A DNA stretch of 64,000 bases from Eledone cirrhosa (Eukaryota): positions 37,200,001-37,264,000 of the forward strand of contig OZ024742.1 in NCBI GenBank assembly GCA_964016885.1. The letters are read 5' to 3'. Positions 1 to 16,320 of the stretch are shown here, piece by piece. The notes below the pieces were generated by a model. The model searched no databases, had not been told where the DNA came from, and worked only from the letters and a program-made list of their open reading frames with translations. Position 1 is the stretch's first letter, and every line of letters starts with the position of its first letter. Made by a program: the position numbers and the translations under genes.

Positions 1-449
1 GATGTTACACTGCTGTCACTGTACTGATGTTACACTGCTGTCACTGTACTGATGTTACACTGCTGTCACTGTACTGATGTTACACTACTGTCACTGTACT
101 GATGTTACACTGCTGTCACTGTACTGATGTTACACTACTGTCACTGTACTGATGTTACACTACTGTCACTGTACTGATGTTACACTACTGTCACTGTACT
201 GATGTTACACTACTGTCACTGTCACTGATGTTACACTGCTGTCACTGTACTGATGTTACACTGCTGTCACTGTCACTGATGTTACACTGCTGTCACTGTA
301 CTGATGTTACACTGCTGTCACTGTACTGATGTTACACTGCTGTCACTGTCACTGATGTTACACTGCTGTCACTGTACTGATGTTACACTGCTGTCACTGT
401 ACTGATGTTACACTACTGTCACTGTACTGATGTTACACTGCTGTCACTG
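1..449. repeat. 25-bp tandem minisatellite (GATGTTACACTGCTGTCACTGTACT)n, ~18 copies, runs off the window start
   Basis: Read directly; variants CTACT/CTGCT and a 26-bp GTCACT variant. Confidence 0.97.
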
Positions 450-544
450 TTGATGGTTGTAGTGATGATGACGACAATGATTGCTGTGATGGAGTTGTTC
501 AAGTTGATGACATTATATATACAATATGTGGATTGGCAGTATCA

Positions 545-692
545 GTTGAGGGTTGAATGCCATACTATGCAGCACAGAGTTACGGCTCTCGCCAAGGTTA
601 ACTTTGTCTTTCATCCTTAAAGGGTCAATAAAATAAAGTACCAGTAAAGCACTGTGATAATTGCTGGCCTTGTGCCAAAAGCAGAAACAATT
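545..692 (+). mobile_element. Degenerate tRNA-derived Meta-type SINE fragment
   Basis: GGTTAACTTTGTCTTTCATCCTTAAAGGGTCAATAAAATAAAGTACCAG...GCTGGCCTTGTGCCAAAAGCAGAAACAATT matches the reverse complement of the fuller copies at 5026-5245 and 44395-44583. Confidence 0.8.
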
Positions 693-715
693 ATATATAC
701 AATATCTCTCCACAG

Positions 716-865
716 AATCAGAAGCAGACCCACTTGCAAGAAAACACAGCATTAGCCTCTAAGTATCGCTGGCATCTGAACCAACACCTTTACCTGCAGT
801 ACCTCCACGCACAAGAGTGTGACAAGAACTTACAGATACAACAATCAATCAAGGATATTAGACAG
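716..865 (+). CDS. CCDC178: Penultimate coding exon of a coiled-coil protein gene, probably CCDC178-like (NQKQTHLQENTALASKYRWHLNQHLYLQYLHAQECDKNLQIQQSIKDIRQ)
   Basis: Acceptor tctctccacag, donor CAG/gtaaga, 150 nt open, phase 0-0. The peptide resembles my recollection of the CCDC178 C-terminus (LQEN..LA..Y ... DK.L....SI.D..QL). Not searched. Confidence 0.62.
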
Positions 866-984
866 GTAAGATATAGACTGCTGGTAGTTGTTATTGTTGT
901 TTCTGGTAGAGGTAGTGTTGGAGATATTAGTGGTGCTGTTGTTGTTGATGGTTGTCGGGCTGTTGGTGTTGTTGGTTGTCTTCT

Positions 985-1095
985 TCTTCTTCTTTTTCTC
1001 TTTTCTCTTTTTTCTTTTTCTTTTTCTTTTTCTTTTTCTTTTTCTTTTTTCTTTTTCTTCTTTATCTTTTTCTTCGTTTTCTTTTTCTTCTTCTT
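985..1095. repeat. Polypyrimidine (TTTTTC)n/(TTC)n microsatellite flanked by (GTT/GGT)n low complexity
   Basis: Read directly. Confidence 0.9.
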
Positions 1096-1893
1096 CAACA
1101 GCCACATTAGATGGTTTTGACTTGGTGGTGGTGTTGTTGTTGGTGGTGGTGGTGCGGTGGTGGTGGAAGTGGTGCGGTGGTGTTGTTGGCTTCTAGGTAC
1201 TGCTGGCCCCAGAACCAACATCGCTATGTTCAGTATACTCACACACAATAGAGTGACAAATTCACATTTAGAAATCAAATATCTTAGACAGGTGTAATAT
1301 GGACTAGAGTCTGTTATTGATCTTTTAAGCAATTTTTTAACATACGAGGGTCCTTTAGGGGGTAATATTGTTCAGCCAGATGTTTTTCGTGGCATCAAAT
1401 CTTTCAGTTGTCTCTACGACATTTAGGTATACATTGTACCTATCCTAAACTGGATACACATAGTATTGTAAAAATATTTGTTCCAGCTCATTGCGCCCCA
1501 AGTTCAAATTTTTTTAAAGTCAACTTTGCCTTTCCTCCTTTCAAAATTGATAAAATACCAGTACAGTACTGAAGTTCTCTCTCTCCCCTCCCCACTCTCT
1601 CTCTCTCTCTGACACACACGGACCCACACACACACAAGAAATCAGCTGTTTTAAGACTCTGAGAAGGAAAGCCTATGCTAGGTTTGAAATACCCCAGACA
1701 TGTCATGTGTCAGGACAGTACCCATATCACTCTACCCACAGTTAAGGGTTCTTTACTTTTATTTTATAGGTAGGGTATCAGGATTTTGGAAAATTATGTC
1801 AGGGTTTTGCAACAAAATAAACATTAGGAACTACTGATCTAAGTTCACAAATTTACACTCCTAATATTCTTATTTTTCTACATTATTTTCTAG

Positions 1894-2148
1894 TTGCTGT
1901 CAATGCAAGCAAAAGTGCACCAGAATCTGCACACCTATTTCCAGTACCGTGGTATGTACAACACGCAGACATTGCAGCACTTGCAGCATAAATCTCTTGA
2001 ACACAAGATGCAAGTGTATGAGATAAAGAGAACCATGGATATCAACATACTGAAAATGACTAACTACATGGAAAAAGAGATCAATGATTCAATCCAGAGA
2101 AGCGTCAGATTCAAAGAGAAACGACTGCACCTGCCCAACATTTCCTGA
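1894..2148 (+). CDS. CCDC178: Terminal coding exon of the same gene ([20 protein letters not shown]...HLPNIS*)
   Basis: Strong acceptor tttttctacattattttctag, phase 0 compatible with exon 716-865, 84 open codons to TGA. Similarity to CCDC178 is from memory only. Confidence 0.62.
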   Translation: MLSMQAKVHQNLHTYFQYRGMYNTQTLQHLQHKSLEHKMQVYEIKRTMDINILKMTNYMEKEINDSIQRSVRFKEKRLHLPNIS

Positions 2149-2186
2149 TAATGTATTTGTGTATGTGAACATGTTTTTGTAATAGT

Positions 2187-4220
<2,034 letters not shown>

Positions 4221-4298
4221 GAGGGGGGAAGAGAAAGTGAGAGAGGAGAAAGAAAAAAAGAGGTTTTCCATTGAGGAACAGTAAAAGACCGTAGTTAA

Positions 4299-4519
4299 CT
4301 CTTTAACATTTACATTACTCTATATTTACTATTGTATTTTCACAGTAAAGGCCTTACCTCACATAATTATCTCACATAATATCGAATCTATGGGATTTTG
4401 ATATTATCTATTTGGAGAACAATACCTTAACATCAGTATGAGGGGCTGGTTACCACCAGTTTGAACTGAAAGAGGTGAGGCAATTCTGGCCAGATACAGC
4501 TGGTTTAAATGCTAAAGAG
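4299..4519. mobile_element. piggyBac-type MITE
   Basis: TTAA on both sides (4295-4298, 4520-4523); TIRs CTCTTTAACATTTA / TAAATGCTAAAGAG match 13/14. Confidence 0.75.
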
Positions 4520-4675
4520 TTAAATATGGTATTCAGTATATAAAGTAGAAATGACTTCTACATGACTAGTTTCAGTTGAAATCATCAAGGATTTGATTCC
4601 AACTGACAGAAAGAGTACTAGTCCTGTAGAAGTCATTTTTATATGGAATAAATTATATATGTATTTATATGTATG

Positions 4676-4714
<39 letters not shown>

Positions 4715-4744
4715 CATATATATGTATATATATGTATGTATGTA

Positions 4745-4955
4745 TCAGCAGCACTGTTTTACGTCCATTCTTTCACGCTAGCATAGGTTAGACGAGTTGT
4801 CCTGTTGTGGGCAGTGCCAGGTCAGGTGACAGTGTCTTGCTCATACAGAACTGATTTTGGCTTGGTTTCTACAGCTGGATGCCCTTCCTAACACCAACCT
4901 CATTTACAGTGAATACTGGGTGCTTTTTACTGTGGCACCTACATGACCACTTTAT
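4745..4955 (-). mobile_element. 5'-truncated RTE-A-type 3' tail
   Basis: Similar to 20545-20760 (TTTTACGTCC...GCTAGCATAGGTTAGACG...GGATGCCCTTCCTAACACCAACC). Confidence 0.8.
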
Positions 4956-4980
4956 GCATGTATATATATGTATGTATATA

Positions 4981-5013
<33 letters not shown>

Positions 5014-5025
5014 GTTTGTGTGCGT

Positions 5026-5245
5026 ATAATAATTGTTTCTACTTTTGGCACAAGGCCAGCAATTATTCCAGTGTATTACTGGTACTTTATTTTATTGACC
5101 CCGTAAGGATGAATGGCAAAGTTAACCTCGACGGGATTTGAACTCAGACCGTAAAGGGACGTAACTGTGCTGCAAAGCATGGCGTCCGACCCTCTACCGA
5201 TTCTGCCAATCCACTGCCCTTTACTGCCAATCCACTGCCCTTAGG
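5026..5245 (-). mobile_element. tRNA-derived Meta-type SINE, near full length
   Basis: Minus strand has A box TGGCAGAATCGG, B box GAGTTCAAATCC, a Meta-like central TTCATCCTTACGGGGTCAATAAAATAAAGTACC and an (ATT)n tail; flanking direct repeat TGTGCGTATAATAAT. Confidence 0.85.
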
Positions 5246-5391
5246 GCGTATAATAATGTGTGCGTATAATAATATAAATAAATATACATTATATATTTGT
5301 GATAATTTCAGTAATACCATATATTATAGTGCATAGTTTTTTTACTTATTTTCTAATAATACAAACATAAATGTGCCTTATACTCGTTTTC

Positions 5392-5800
5392 AATTTGTGT
5401 ACACTCTGATATATGTTTATAAATATGAATATGTTGTGTGTGTATAGTTCGTTTTTCATGATCCTCCTAAAGTGACTTGATAAGTATTATATATATTGAA
5501 TGTACGTATTGTATGTTTAATAATATACTGTATGTTTGTTTACAAACTTTTTGAATGCCATTCACTATGAATTCTAACGTCACATACCTAGCTTCGGCAA
5601 AAGCAAAGGCAAGTAATCAACGGTGACCATTTCTCACTTGTAAATGGTTGTCAAGACTACATACCCCTTCGCTTTTGCCGAAAGCTATAGAAGCTGGATT
5701 CTTATAGAATTCCAGTTATATTTATGAACTGTTGAAACTCATTTGCATACAGAGTGGTTGCCGGCTCAGCATCAATTATTTCAGAGCACCGATACAAATT
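5392..5800 (-). mobile_element. Small non-coding hammerhead-bearing element, diverged member of the family at 47487 and 52864
   Basis: Shares GATTCTTATAGAATT, TACAGAG.GGTTGCCGG, CAGAGC.CC.AT and ACTGTATG.TT..TTA.AA in the same order as the other copies; degenerate TIR; TA flank on the right. Left boundary approximate. Confidence 0.6.
5589..5686 (-). ncRNA. Type I hammerhead ribozyme candidate, U3-A8 core variant, GUU cleavage triplet
   Basis: Minus strand: gtagtc TTGACAA c catt taca agtg a GAAA tgg tca ccg TT gattac. Stem I is 6 bp, extended by CGGCAAAAGCGAAGG/CCTTTGCTTTTGCCG. Confidence 0.65.
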
Positions 5801-5881
5801 TATATATATACATATATGTTAGGTAATTCCGAAGGAAAAACAAAGGAAAAAAGAGTGCTCTATGTATAGAACAGAGCTATT

Positions 5882-6118
5882 TAATTAGAAAGTGAACAAC
5901 ACAAAATATAACTACTCCATTACCAAAGGTTTCTGGATCCCAGACAATATTAACATACATCTGTATCGGTCATCAAACAGAGATGTTATGGATAAAAATA
6001 TTTTTTATCCATAATAACTCTGTCTGATGACCAATACAGATGTATATTAATATTGACTGGGATCCAGAAACCTTTGGTAACGGAGTAGTTATATTTTGTG
6101 TTGTTCACTTTCTAATTA
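5882..6118. repeat. ~237-bp near-perfect palindrome (probable inverted PLE pLTR remnant) containing a hammerhead-like motif
   Basis: The arms are reverse complements. Plus strand 6017-6086 reads actctgt CTGATGA ... GAAA cc ttt gg TA acggagt (7-bp stem I). Confidence 0.8.
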
Positions 6119-6329
6119 TATATATATATATATAAACCTGTAGAGCAAATATTTATTATTTCCACAGATTAAAAGTTTAAGCAAACAATTTCTGCTTTTG
6201 CTCTTATAATGAATCTTCTAAAACTAAGATATATATCAATCCATGGGTGCAGATATAAATATTTTGAAAATATGAGTAAATATCACATTAAAAAAATAGT
6301 TAGATATAATGATGACATGTGAAAATGTT

Positions 6330-7135
6330 CAATGGAGTTACAGTTATTTGTTGGCAGAGTTGTTAGAGCATCAGATTAAGAATGGCTTGAACTAAATCTA
6401 TAGCTGAATCTATGGCTGATTTATACAAGAAATTCCAAACCTAGAAGTATAGCTTGGAAGCAAAAAGTCAACTTGGAAAAGGAAAACAGGGCCCAGATCC
6501 CTTCAGGAAAATGCCCTTCTCAGTGTACAAGAAAGAAGTGGGTAGAAATTCCATCCTAGCTCCCAAATACAAACTATGAGTACACAAGAGATGGTGTGGG
6601 ATCTCAGGCAGGCTAGCAAAGGATGTAGGTTTATATATGGTTGCAGTAAGCAGCAAGAGCTCACAAGAAACAAGCTCTATCAAAAGCTCAGAGGGCTCCA
6701 AAAGTAGTTGATAGCCTCTGTTACCTGGATGACCAAATTAATAGTAGAGGTGGATGTTCTGAAATTAAAGTAGCTTGAATGAGAACAGGATCATCCTGCT
6801 GATGACAGGAGAATAACAGCACCCAGCCCACCCTGCAAGGGGGTTGTGCTGGTGACATGACAAGTGGCTCCCAGTCCACCATTTAAAGTAGTTTTGCTGG
6901 TGACATGACAAAAAGGGCCCAGTCTATTCTGTAAGGGATCATGATGGTGAAAAGTTGGAAAAACACCCAGTTCACACTGTAACATGGTTGAAGGGCATCC
7001 AACCATAGAAACCAAGCCAAAATACTGATCCATATAAGCAAGACATGGTTACCTGACCTGATTTGTCTCATAATATGACAACCCATCTAAACCATGGAAG
7101 CATGGAAAAGTAGATGTTAATTGATGATGATAATG
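6330..7135 (+). mobile_element. Old, decayed RTE fragment plus RTE/SINE-type 3' tail
   Basis: Degenerate SGKxPxSVxKKxVGRNSI...VHKRxCGISG-like coding remnant; tail with GAAGGGCATCCA and (GAT)n. Confidence 0.65.
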
Positions 7136-7244
7136 ATTTGTTTCAGCTTACTGCACTCTGAATTCAAACTTTGCCTTTCATCCATTTGAAATTGATGAAA
7201 ATAGTACCTATCCAATACTGGGTTGATTCTTCCTCTATCTTTCT

Positions 7245-7293
<49 letters not shown>

Positions 7294-7624
7294 AAGAAGA
7301 AGAAGAAATCAGTTGTATTCCAACCTAGAACCTAGAAAAAGATGGTCTTCACCAGGTTTAAAACACTCAAAACATTCCATATGTGAGGGCGACATCTCAA
7401 CTACTACATCAGTAGTTAAGACCCTTTCCTATATATCTATCTATATATTCTTTTATTTATTTACTGGTTTCTATTATTAGACAGTAACCATGTTTAATCA
7501 ATCATATTGATCCCAGTACTTATTTTTTAAATATCTAATACTTATTTTATCGATCTCTTTTTGTTAAATTTGCTAAGTTACAGGATATAAACACAGACTC
7601 AAGCATAAAAACACAAATATGGAC

Positions 7625-7762
7625 ACACATTGGCAATTAAACTGGCAACCCAACCAAGCCTACATGGTGAGGAAGGTGAATTCTTTGGACATTGTGTGGG
7701 ATGAAAAACAAAACCCATCAAAGGGCAGATAAACTCAGGAAAATCAATGATCATCTCGTTGC
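7625..7762 (+). mobile_element. Old fragment of the bipartite RTE-derived element 5' region
   Basis: TAAACTGGCAACCC...GGTGAGGA.GGTGA...AAAAACAAAACC..TCAAAGGGCA matches 22495-22582. Confidence 0.7.
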
Positions 7763-7789
7763 ATGATATATATATATATTTGTATATAT

Positions 7790-8422
7790 ACCAAGATGAA
7801 GAGAGCCAGTGATGTAAACCTATTCCAGTCACAGGAAGGACCCATAGAAGTGGTTGATAGCGTCTGCTATCTAGGCAACATAATTAGCAACGGAGGAGGG
7901 TGCTCTGCAAGCATAATAGCTAGAATAAGGATAGGATGGAAAAAGTTTAGAGAGCTACTCCTACTGTTGACCACAAAAGGGTTCTCCCTACATACAAAAG
8001 GATGACTGTATGACGCTTGTGTGTGAAGTGCGATGCTGCATGATAGTGAAGCATGAGCTGTGACTGCAGAGGACATGTGTAGACCGGAGAGAAATGAAGC
8101 AACCATGCTCTATTGGAGTTGCAATGTAAGTGTGATAGAAAGGCAGAGCTTGGACAAGTTGAGGGAAAAGCTGGGTTTAAGAAAAATCCAAGGTGTTGTG
8201 CAGAGGAGAAGATTGTGTTGGTATGGTCAATGATATTTGGGTGAAGAAGCCACTGTAGAGCTAGACCAAGAAAGACTTTGGCAGAGAGCTGACCTCAAAT
8301 CACTGAGACTCACTGAGGAGATGACAAAGGATCGTGATGAGTGAAGAGATGCTGTACTGAGAAGAACCTGTCTAACCCATGCAAGCCTAGGAAAATTGGA
8401 CGTAAAAACGATTATGATGATA
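7790..8422 (+). mobile_element. Decayed RTE 3' fragment
   Basis: EGPIEVVDSVCYLGNIISNGGGC...GWKKFRELL, with in-frame stops; ends AACCCATGCAAGC...GGACGTAAAAACGATTATGATGA. Confidence 0.85.
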
Positions 8423-8435
8423 ATATATATATAGA

Positions 8436-8589
8436 TATAAGTCAAGGGAACATGAAAGGAACAAACAAGAGTATGCAATAACATGAAGTGTATTAGTTTC
8501 ACACTTGGAGAAAGAAGAATGGGCTACAGTAAAACTAATATACTTGATGTTATTGCATCCTCTTGTTTGTTTTGTTTCCTTGACTTATA
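8436..8589. repeat. ~155-bp imperfect palindrome next to (TA)n
   Basis: TATAAGTCAAGG..AACAAACAAGAG.ATGCAATAACAT.AAGTGTATTAGTTT is the reverse complement of the right arm. Confidence 0.8.
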
Positions 8590-8694
8590 ATTCCACACTT
8601 ACGCACACTCCTCTGCCCTCGAATTACTCTTGAACCACACCAGGATGTACCTACAGACTCTGATGTTTGACCCGTTGTACTGCTATATATATAT

Positions 8695-9005
8695 ATATTG
8701 TTATACTTTGGGAGTGGTCATGCTGCGAATAAAAACACATGCACTTGTTGGTTTTCACTTTCATTTATTATAAATTTCCGGTTGGTTGATTCAATAATCA
8801 GATGGTGTAGCAGAGACACACAAAAAAAAGAAGAAACCAGTCACTGAGGAGGTCACAGAATGTGTGACAAAAGAGCTATGACAATATATAAACAACGATC
8901 CAGTTATTGAACCAACTAACCGGAAATTTATAATAAATTGAAGTGAAAACCAACAGGTGTGTGTGTTTTTATTGGCAGCATGACCCTCCCAAAGTATAAC
9001 AATAT
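8695..9005. repeat. ~100-bp inverted repeats around a spacer with a degenerate hammerhead motif (probable PLE pLTR remnant)
   Basis: Arms 8695-8798 and 8903-9005; spacer 8840-8882 reads gtca CTGAGGA g gtcac agaatgt gtgac aaaa gagc TA tgac, lacking the G of GAAA. Confidence 0.75.
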
Positions 9006-9313
9006 CTGTTTCAACACACGTTTTCAGATAAGAAATCTTGCAAAACAAAGTGTATATATATATACACTTAGTTTTTTTATTTGTTATATACACATATATA
9101 TATATATATATAATAATAAGTAAAGTAATTAAGACAAAAACATTACCTCAAAATACTTCATGATTCTTACTGCAGTTTCACCCTTAAGATTAATTATTTA
9201 GTTAATTCATTCATTAAGCAAAAATTGTAATTAATGTACACTTTTATATGTATCTATACGCTTATGTATATGAATATATATATACACGCTTATGTATATG
9301 AATATATATATAT

Positions 9314-9655
9314 GGAGGCACATGGCTTAGTGGTTAGAGCATTGGGCTTGCAATCGAAAGGTTGTGAGTTCAATTCTCAGACCGGGTGATGTGTTGTTTC
9401 CTTGAGCAAGACACTTTATTTCACATTGCTCCAGTTTACTCAGCTGTAGAAATGAGATGATAGGGACTGGGATCCATATCATCCCACTGCAAAGTGGTCG
9501 TGGAGGTGCCACGGCAAAAAAGCATCCAGCACTCACTGTAAATGAGGTTGGTGTTAGGAAGGGCATCCAGCTGTAGAAATCAAGCCAGAATCAGTTCCCA
9601 TCCCACCCTTGCAAGCAGGGAAAAAGCAGACGTAAAATGAAATGATGATGATGAT
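9314..9655 (+). mobile_element. Full-length tRNA-derived CORE-type SINE with RTE-derived 3' tail
   Basis: A box TGGCTTAGTGG, B box GTTCAATTC, CORE-like TCCTTGAGCAAGACACTTTATTTCAC...CTCAGCTGTAGAAATG, tail CCCACCCTTGCAAGCAGGGAAAA...CGTAAAATGA then (GAT)n. Confidence 0.9.
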
Positions 9656-10194
9656 AGATAGTTGTGCTAGGACTGGACTTTGGTACTTAGGTACACCTTC
9701 AGTCTACCAGGGTGGATTAGAATCTAATCCAGGGTGAAAACAACTAACCTCGGAGATGGAGAACTCTTATAAGATATTCCTGAGGTATGTTGTTCATTGA
9801 GTTTGTGGTAAGAATTTGCACCAACTTTCTGCTATCAACATTTCCAAAAAATCTGGCTGATCATACACAAGCCTTCACCACTGAAAACAAACTAGCTGTG
9901 TGGGTAGTCTAACAGCTATAATATTACTTCTGCTATTCCACCAAAAGCAAACAAACATGTCCACTGGGGAGAGTTAAAGTAAGAGGGGCAAGTAAAGGAT
10001 ATCACTGGAAGTCTCTAGCTGGAGATCTATACAGTAGTATCTATTATCATGTAACCACTTTGTATAACAATCCTTTCTTATGTCCAATCTGTGGTCTCGC
10101 CTGAACTATGAAAGAAAATTTATTGGACCCTCATATGTTGAAAATAACAAGAGAATTTATTATATATATATATATATATACACACTTGACAATA

Positions 10195-10313
10195 CAAGCT
10201 TTTGAAGTTTCCATCCACCAAATTTCACTCACAAAGATACATGCCCAAGATGCTCTGCTGTGGGATTAAGCCTGAATCCATGTTGTTGTGAAGCCATCTT
10301 CTTAAGTACTCAG
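10195..10313 (-). mobile_element. Decayed fragment of a second tRNA-SINE family, related to 42432-42590
   Basis: AGTTTCCATC.ACCAA..TTCAC.CAC...TGCCCAAG...GTGGGA.T.AA.CTG is shared with 42432-42590. Confidence 0.55.
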
Positions 10314-10348
10314 CTTTATCTGTGTCTCTATAAATATAAATATATATA

Positions 10349-10424
10349 CATGGTGTAACAGAAAAGCCTCTCATATTTTACACATGGATCATGTAAAATA
10401 TGGAAGGGTATCTGCCACACCCTG
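10349..10424. mobile_element. Tiny palindromic Tc1/mariner-type MITE
   Basis: Ends CATGGTGT.../...ACACCCTG (CAGGGTGT-type TIR), inner arms CATATTTTACA/TGTAAAATATG, TA on both sides. Confidence 0.65.
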
Positions 10425-10428
10425 TATA

Positions 10429-10465
<37 letters not shown>

Positions 10466-10624
10466 GTATATGTATATATATATGTATATATATATGTATA
10501 TATATATGTATATATATATATGTAGGAGGTGAGTTTTATTGTAGTACAATAAAGCAATGCAGATATCGGATAAGAAGCACTCTACAGTTTGTGGGACTGG
10601 AGTATGCATATTGATCTTATATTA

Positions 10625-13110
<2,486 letters not shown>

Positions 13111-13194
13111 CGTTATTCCGGGTTGAATCGGAGGTAACCACAGTAAGTAAGGTACTCAATACATAGCAGAGTATAACAGTTTTAATATAGATGA

Positions 13195-13245
13195 GATTCT
13201 ACAGGACTAGAACTGTTTCATTCATTAGAAATCATCAGGAATCTG
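13195..13245 (-). ncRNA. Type I hammerhead ribozyme in pLTR (sense copy)
   Basis: Reverse complement of 16791-16841. Confidence 0.75.
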
Positions 13246-13789
13246 GGTATCAAAAAATAAATATGGTATTTATAGGTCTCTACAAGTGGTAGGAGAGGGT
13301 GGGGAGTGGGATGGGTGCAGGTCATTGGTTGATAGAGAAGGGAATTCATTAAAGGCTAATTCTACATAGCTATAGTTAATTTATATTTATTTATGTTTTT
13401 AGAGTAACAAAGGCAGACAGAATTCTATAAACAGGTTCCGGATGGCATACCATTCCTTGTCAATAAGTTTCTCTTAAGCTAGCAGATGTCTATAAAATCA
13501 GTGGGGGGTCATTCATGCCTCGATAGAATTAAAGAAAAGGGAGATTCTTTAAAAGCTAAAGTCATTAAGTTCTGCTAAGTGACAAAGGTCTAGGGAATTC
13601 TGCAGACAGATTCAAAATACTGAGTGCATATCTTACTATTATCTTCGAACTTCTCTTAAACTAATCAACAATATGCCAAATCAACAGACACATTCACAAA
13701 AAAAACAAAAAAACCCCAAAAAACAAAAAAAACAGAAAAACAAAAAAAACCACACCTAAAAAAACAAAAAACCACACATACTCACTCAC

Positions 13790-14009
13790 ACACTTACGCG
13801 CAACCATAAACACACACATAAACACAAATACACACATAAAAACACACACACATATATAAAAAAAATATATAAATATATACAAATATATATTCATGTACAC
13901 GCACATACATACACACATACATACATACATACATATATAAAATACATATACACATATACATACGCACACACATATAATAATATATATATACATATATATA
14001 TATACATAA

Positions 14010-14042
<33 letters not shown>

Positions 14043-14145
14043 TACATATATATACACATATATATATATACACACATACACACACACACACATACATACA
14101 TATATATATACATATATATATATATACATACATATATATACACAA

Positions 14146-14176
<31 letters not shown>

Positions 14177-14183
14177 CATACAC

Positions 14184-14214
<31 letters not shown>

Positions 14215-14359
14215 CACACACACACAGATACACACACACATACACATACATACACACATACACACATATATACACAAATAAATACACTGACACGCATACA
14301 TACAAACACGAGTATACATATGTATAAATATCTATACACACACACACATACACACACAT

Positions 14360-14393
<34 letters not shown>

Positions 14394-14472
14394 CATATAC
14401 ACACATACATACACACACATATACACATACATATATATATATATACATATACATATATATATATACATATAT

Positions 14473-14511
<39 letters not shown>

Positions 14512-14763
14512 TATACACATATACATACACACACACACACATATACATATATATATATATATATATCTCTATACACACACATACAAATACATATATATAT
14601 ATACATATAAATATATATGCATATATATATATATATATATACACATATATATATATATATATCCATACATACACAAACATACACATGCATACACAGACCT
14701 ATACATAAATATACACATATATATACAGAGATATAACGCACATATACACACACATATATACAT

Positions 14764-14814
<51 letters not shown>

Positions 14815-14837
14815 CATACACACACACATACACACAC

Positions 14838-14895
<58 letters not shown>

Positions 14896-15266
14896 GCATG
14901 CATACACACATACACACACCCACACACAAAATATATATACACACACACATTCTCTCTCTCATGCACATATATATATATATATACATATACATACACATAC
15001 ACATACATATATATATATGTATGTATATATACACAGACACATACAAATACATACATACATACACATACACATACACATACATACACACATATACATATAT
15101 ACACATATATACATATATATATACACGCATGCATATACATATACACATACATATACATACACATACGTACATACACACACACACATATATGTACATATAC
15201 ACTCACAAATACACACACATACACACATATATACATATACATACACACAAACACATACATATACAC

Positions 15267-15300
<34 letters not shown>

Positions 15301-15332
15301 GCACACATATACACACATACGCACACGCACAC

Positions 15333-15387
<55 letters not shown>

Positions 15388-15474
15388 TACACACAAATAT
15401 ATACACACACACATATACGAACATACATATACATACACATACATATATATACATATATACATACATATACATAC

Positions 15475-15543
<69 letters not shown>

Positions 15544-15719
15544 TACATATACATACATACACACACATACATACATACATACATACATATATACAGACAC
15601 ATACAAACATATACCTGCATAAATATACACACATAAAACACGTATTCACACAAACATATATATATATACACATATATACATATATACACACACACATATA
15701 TATATATATATAAATATAT

Positions 15720-15766
<47 letters not shown>

Positions 15767-15840
15767 CACATACATATATATATACACACACAACACATAC
15801 ACATATACACATATACAAACAAATATATACACATACAAGT
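13790..15840. repeat. Highly degenerate (CA/TA)n array
   Basis: Read directly; C-rich on the plus strand, unlike neighbouring arrays. Confidence 0.95.
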
Positions 15841-16015
15841 AAATAGGTACTCAATAAATATACGCATATACACAGGCACATAAAGACACCTCTACAGGCA
15901 GAAAAAGTAGATACAAAAGAGGTACTCACATGACCATAGTGGCCGTATTTCAGGTTGAGGAGGGGTGGGGGTAGGGTGGGGAGGAGGTATAGGGGCCAAT
16001 AGGGGGAGGTCGTTT

Positions 16016-16320
16016 TTAGCCATCGGGCTTTAACACTGGCTTAAAGTGTTTGAATGTTGCAAAGTTCTTGTGCATGCAGTTCGGGCAGTGTTCAGAGAGT
16101 TTGTTCAGTAGCGGGCCCTTGGCGAATAAAATTTCGTAACTCTCTGAAATACAAAGGTCGCAGCCCTTGTGTCCTCCGTCGTAAGAGCGCGCTTTCTGGA
16201 GTATTTTCCAATTAAGCGTGAAGGGGGTGGAGTTCCTTTTGAGGTCCCAAACGTAGGAGGCGAGTGTTGTTTGGTTTGATTTATCCGGTCTTCTGAAGGA
16301 GTGGGTATGGTCATACCTTT
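16016..16320 (-). pseudogene. C-terminal fragment of a PLE GIY-YIG endonuclease
   Basis: RYDHTHSF...TTLASYVWDLK...LNWKILQKARSY....CDLCISESYEIL...LLNK.SE....CMH aligns by eye with the C-terminus of the 772-aa ORF. Confidence 0.85.

Noticed and set aside
1-449. 25-bp repeats as a CRISPR array
   Set aside because: The units are contiguous with no unique spacers, and the context is eukaryotic.
790-1332. Lys/Glu-rich and hydrophobic ORFs on both strands
   Set aside because: They derive from intronic (TTTTTC)n and (GGT)n repeats.
1340-1835. hAT/Charlie-like MITE (end TTAGGAACTACTG)
   Set aside because: Only one TIR-like end is recognisable and there is no TSD.
9165-9220. Hammerhead remnant on the minus strand (GAAA CTGCAG TA)
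   Set aside because: The core reads UUAAUGA and stems I and II are too weak.
9314-9385. tRNA gene
   Set aside because: This is a SINE head with A and B boxes; it continues into CORE and LINE-tail sequence and occurs in multiple copies.
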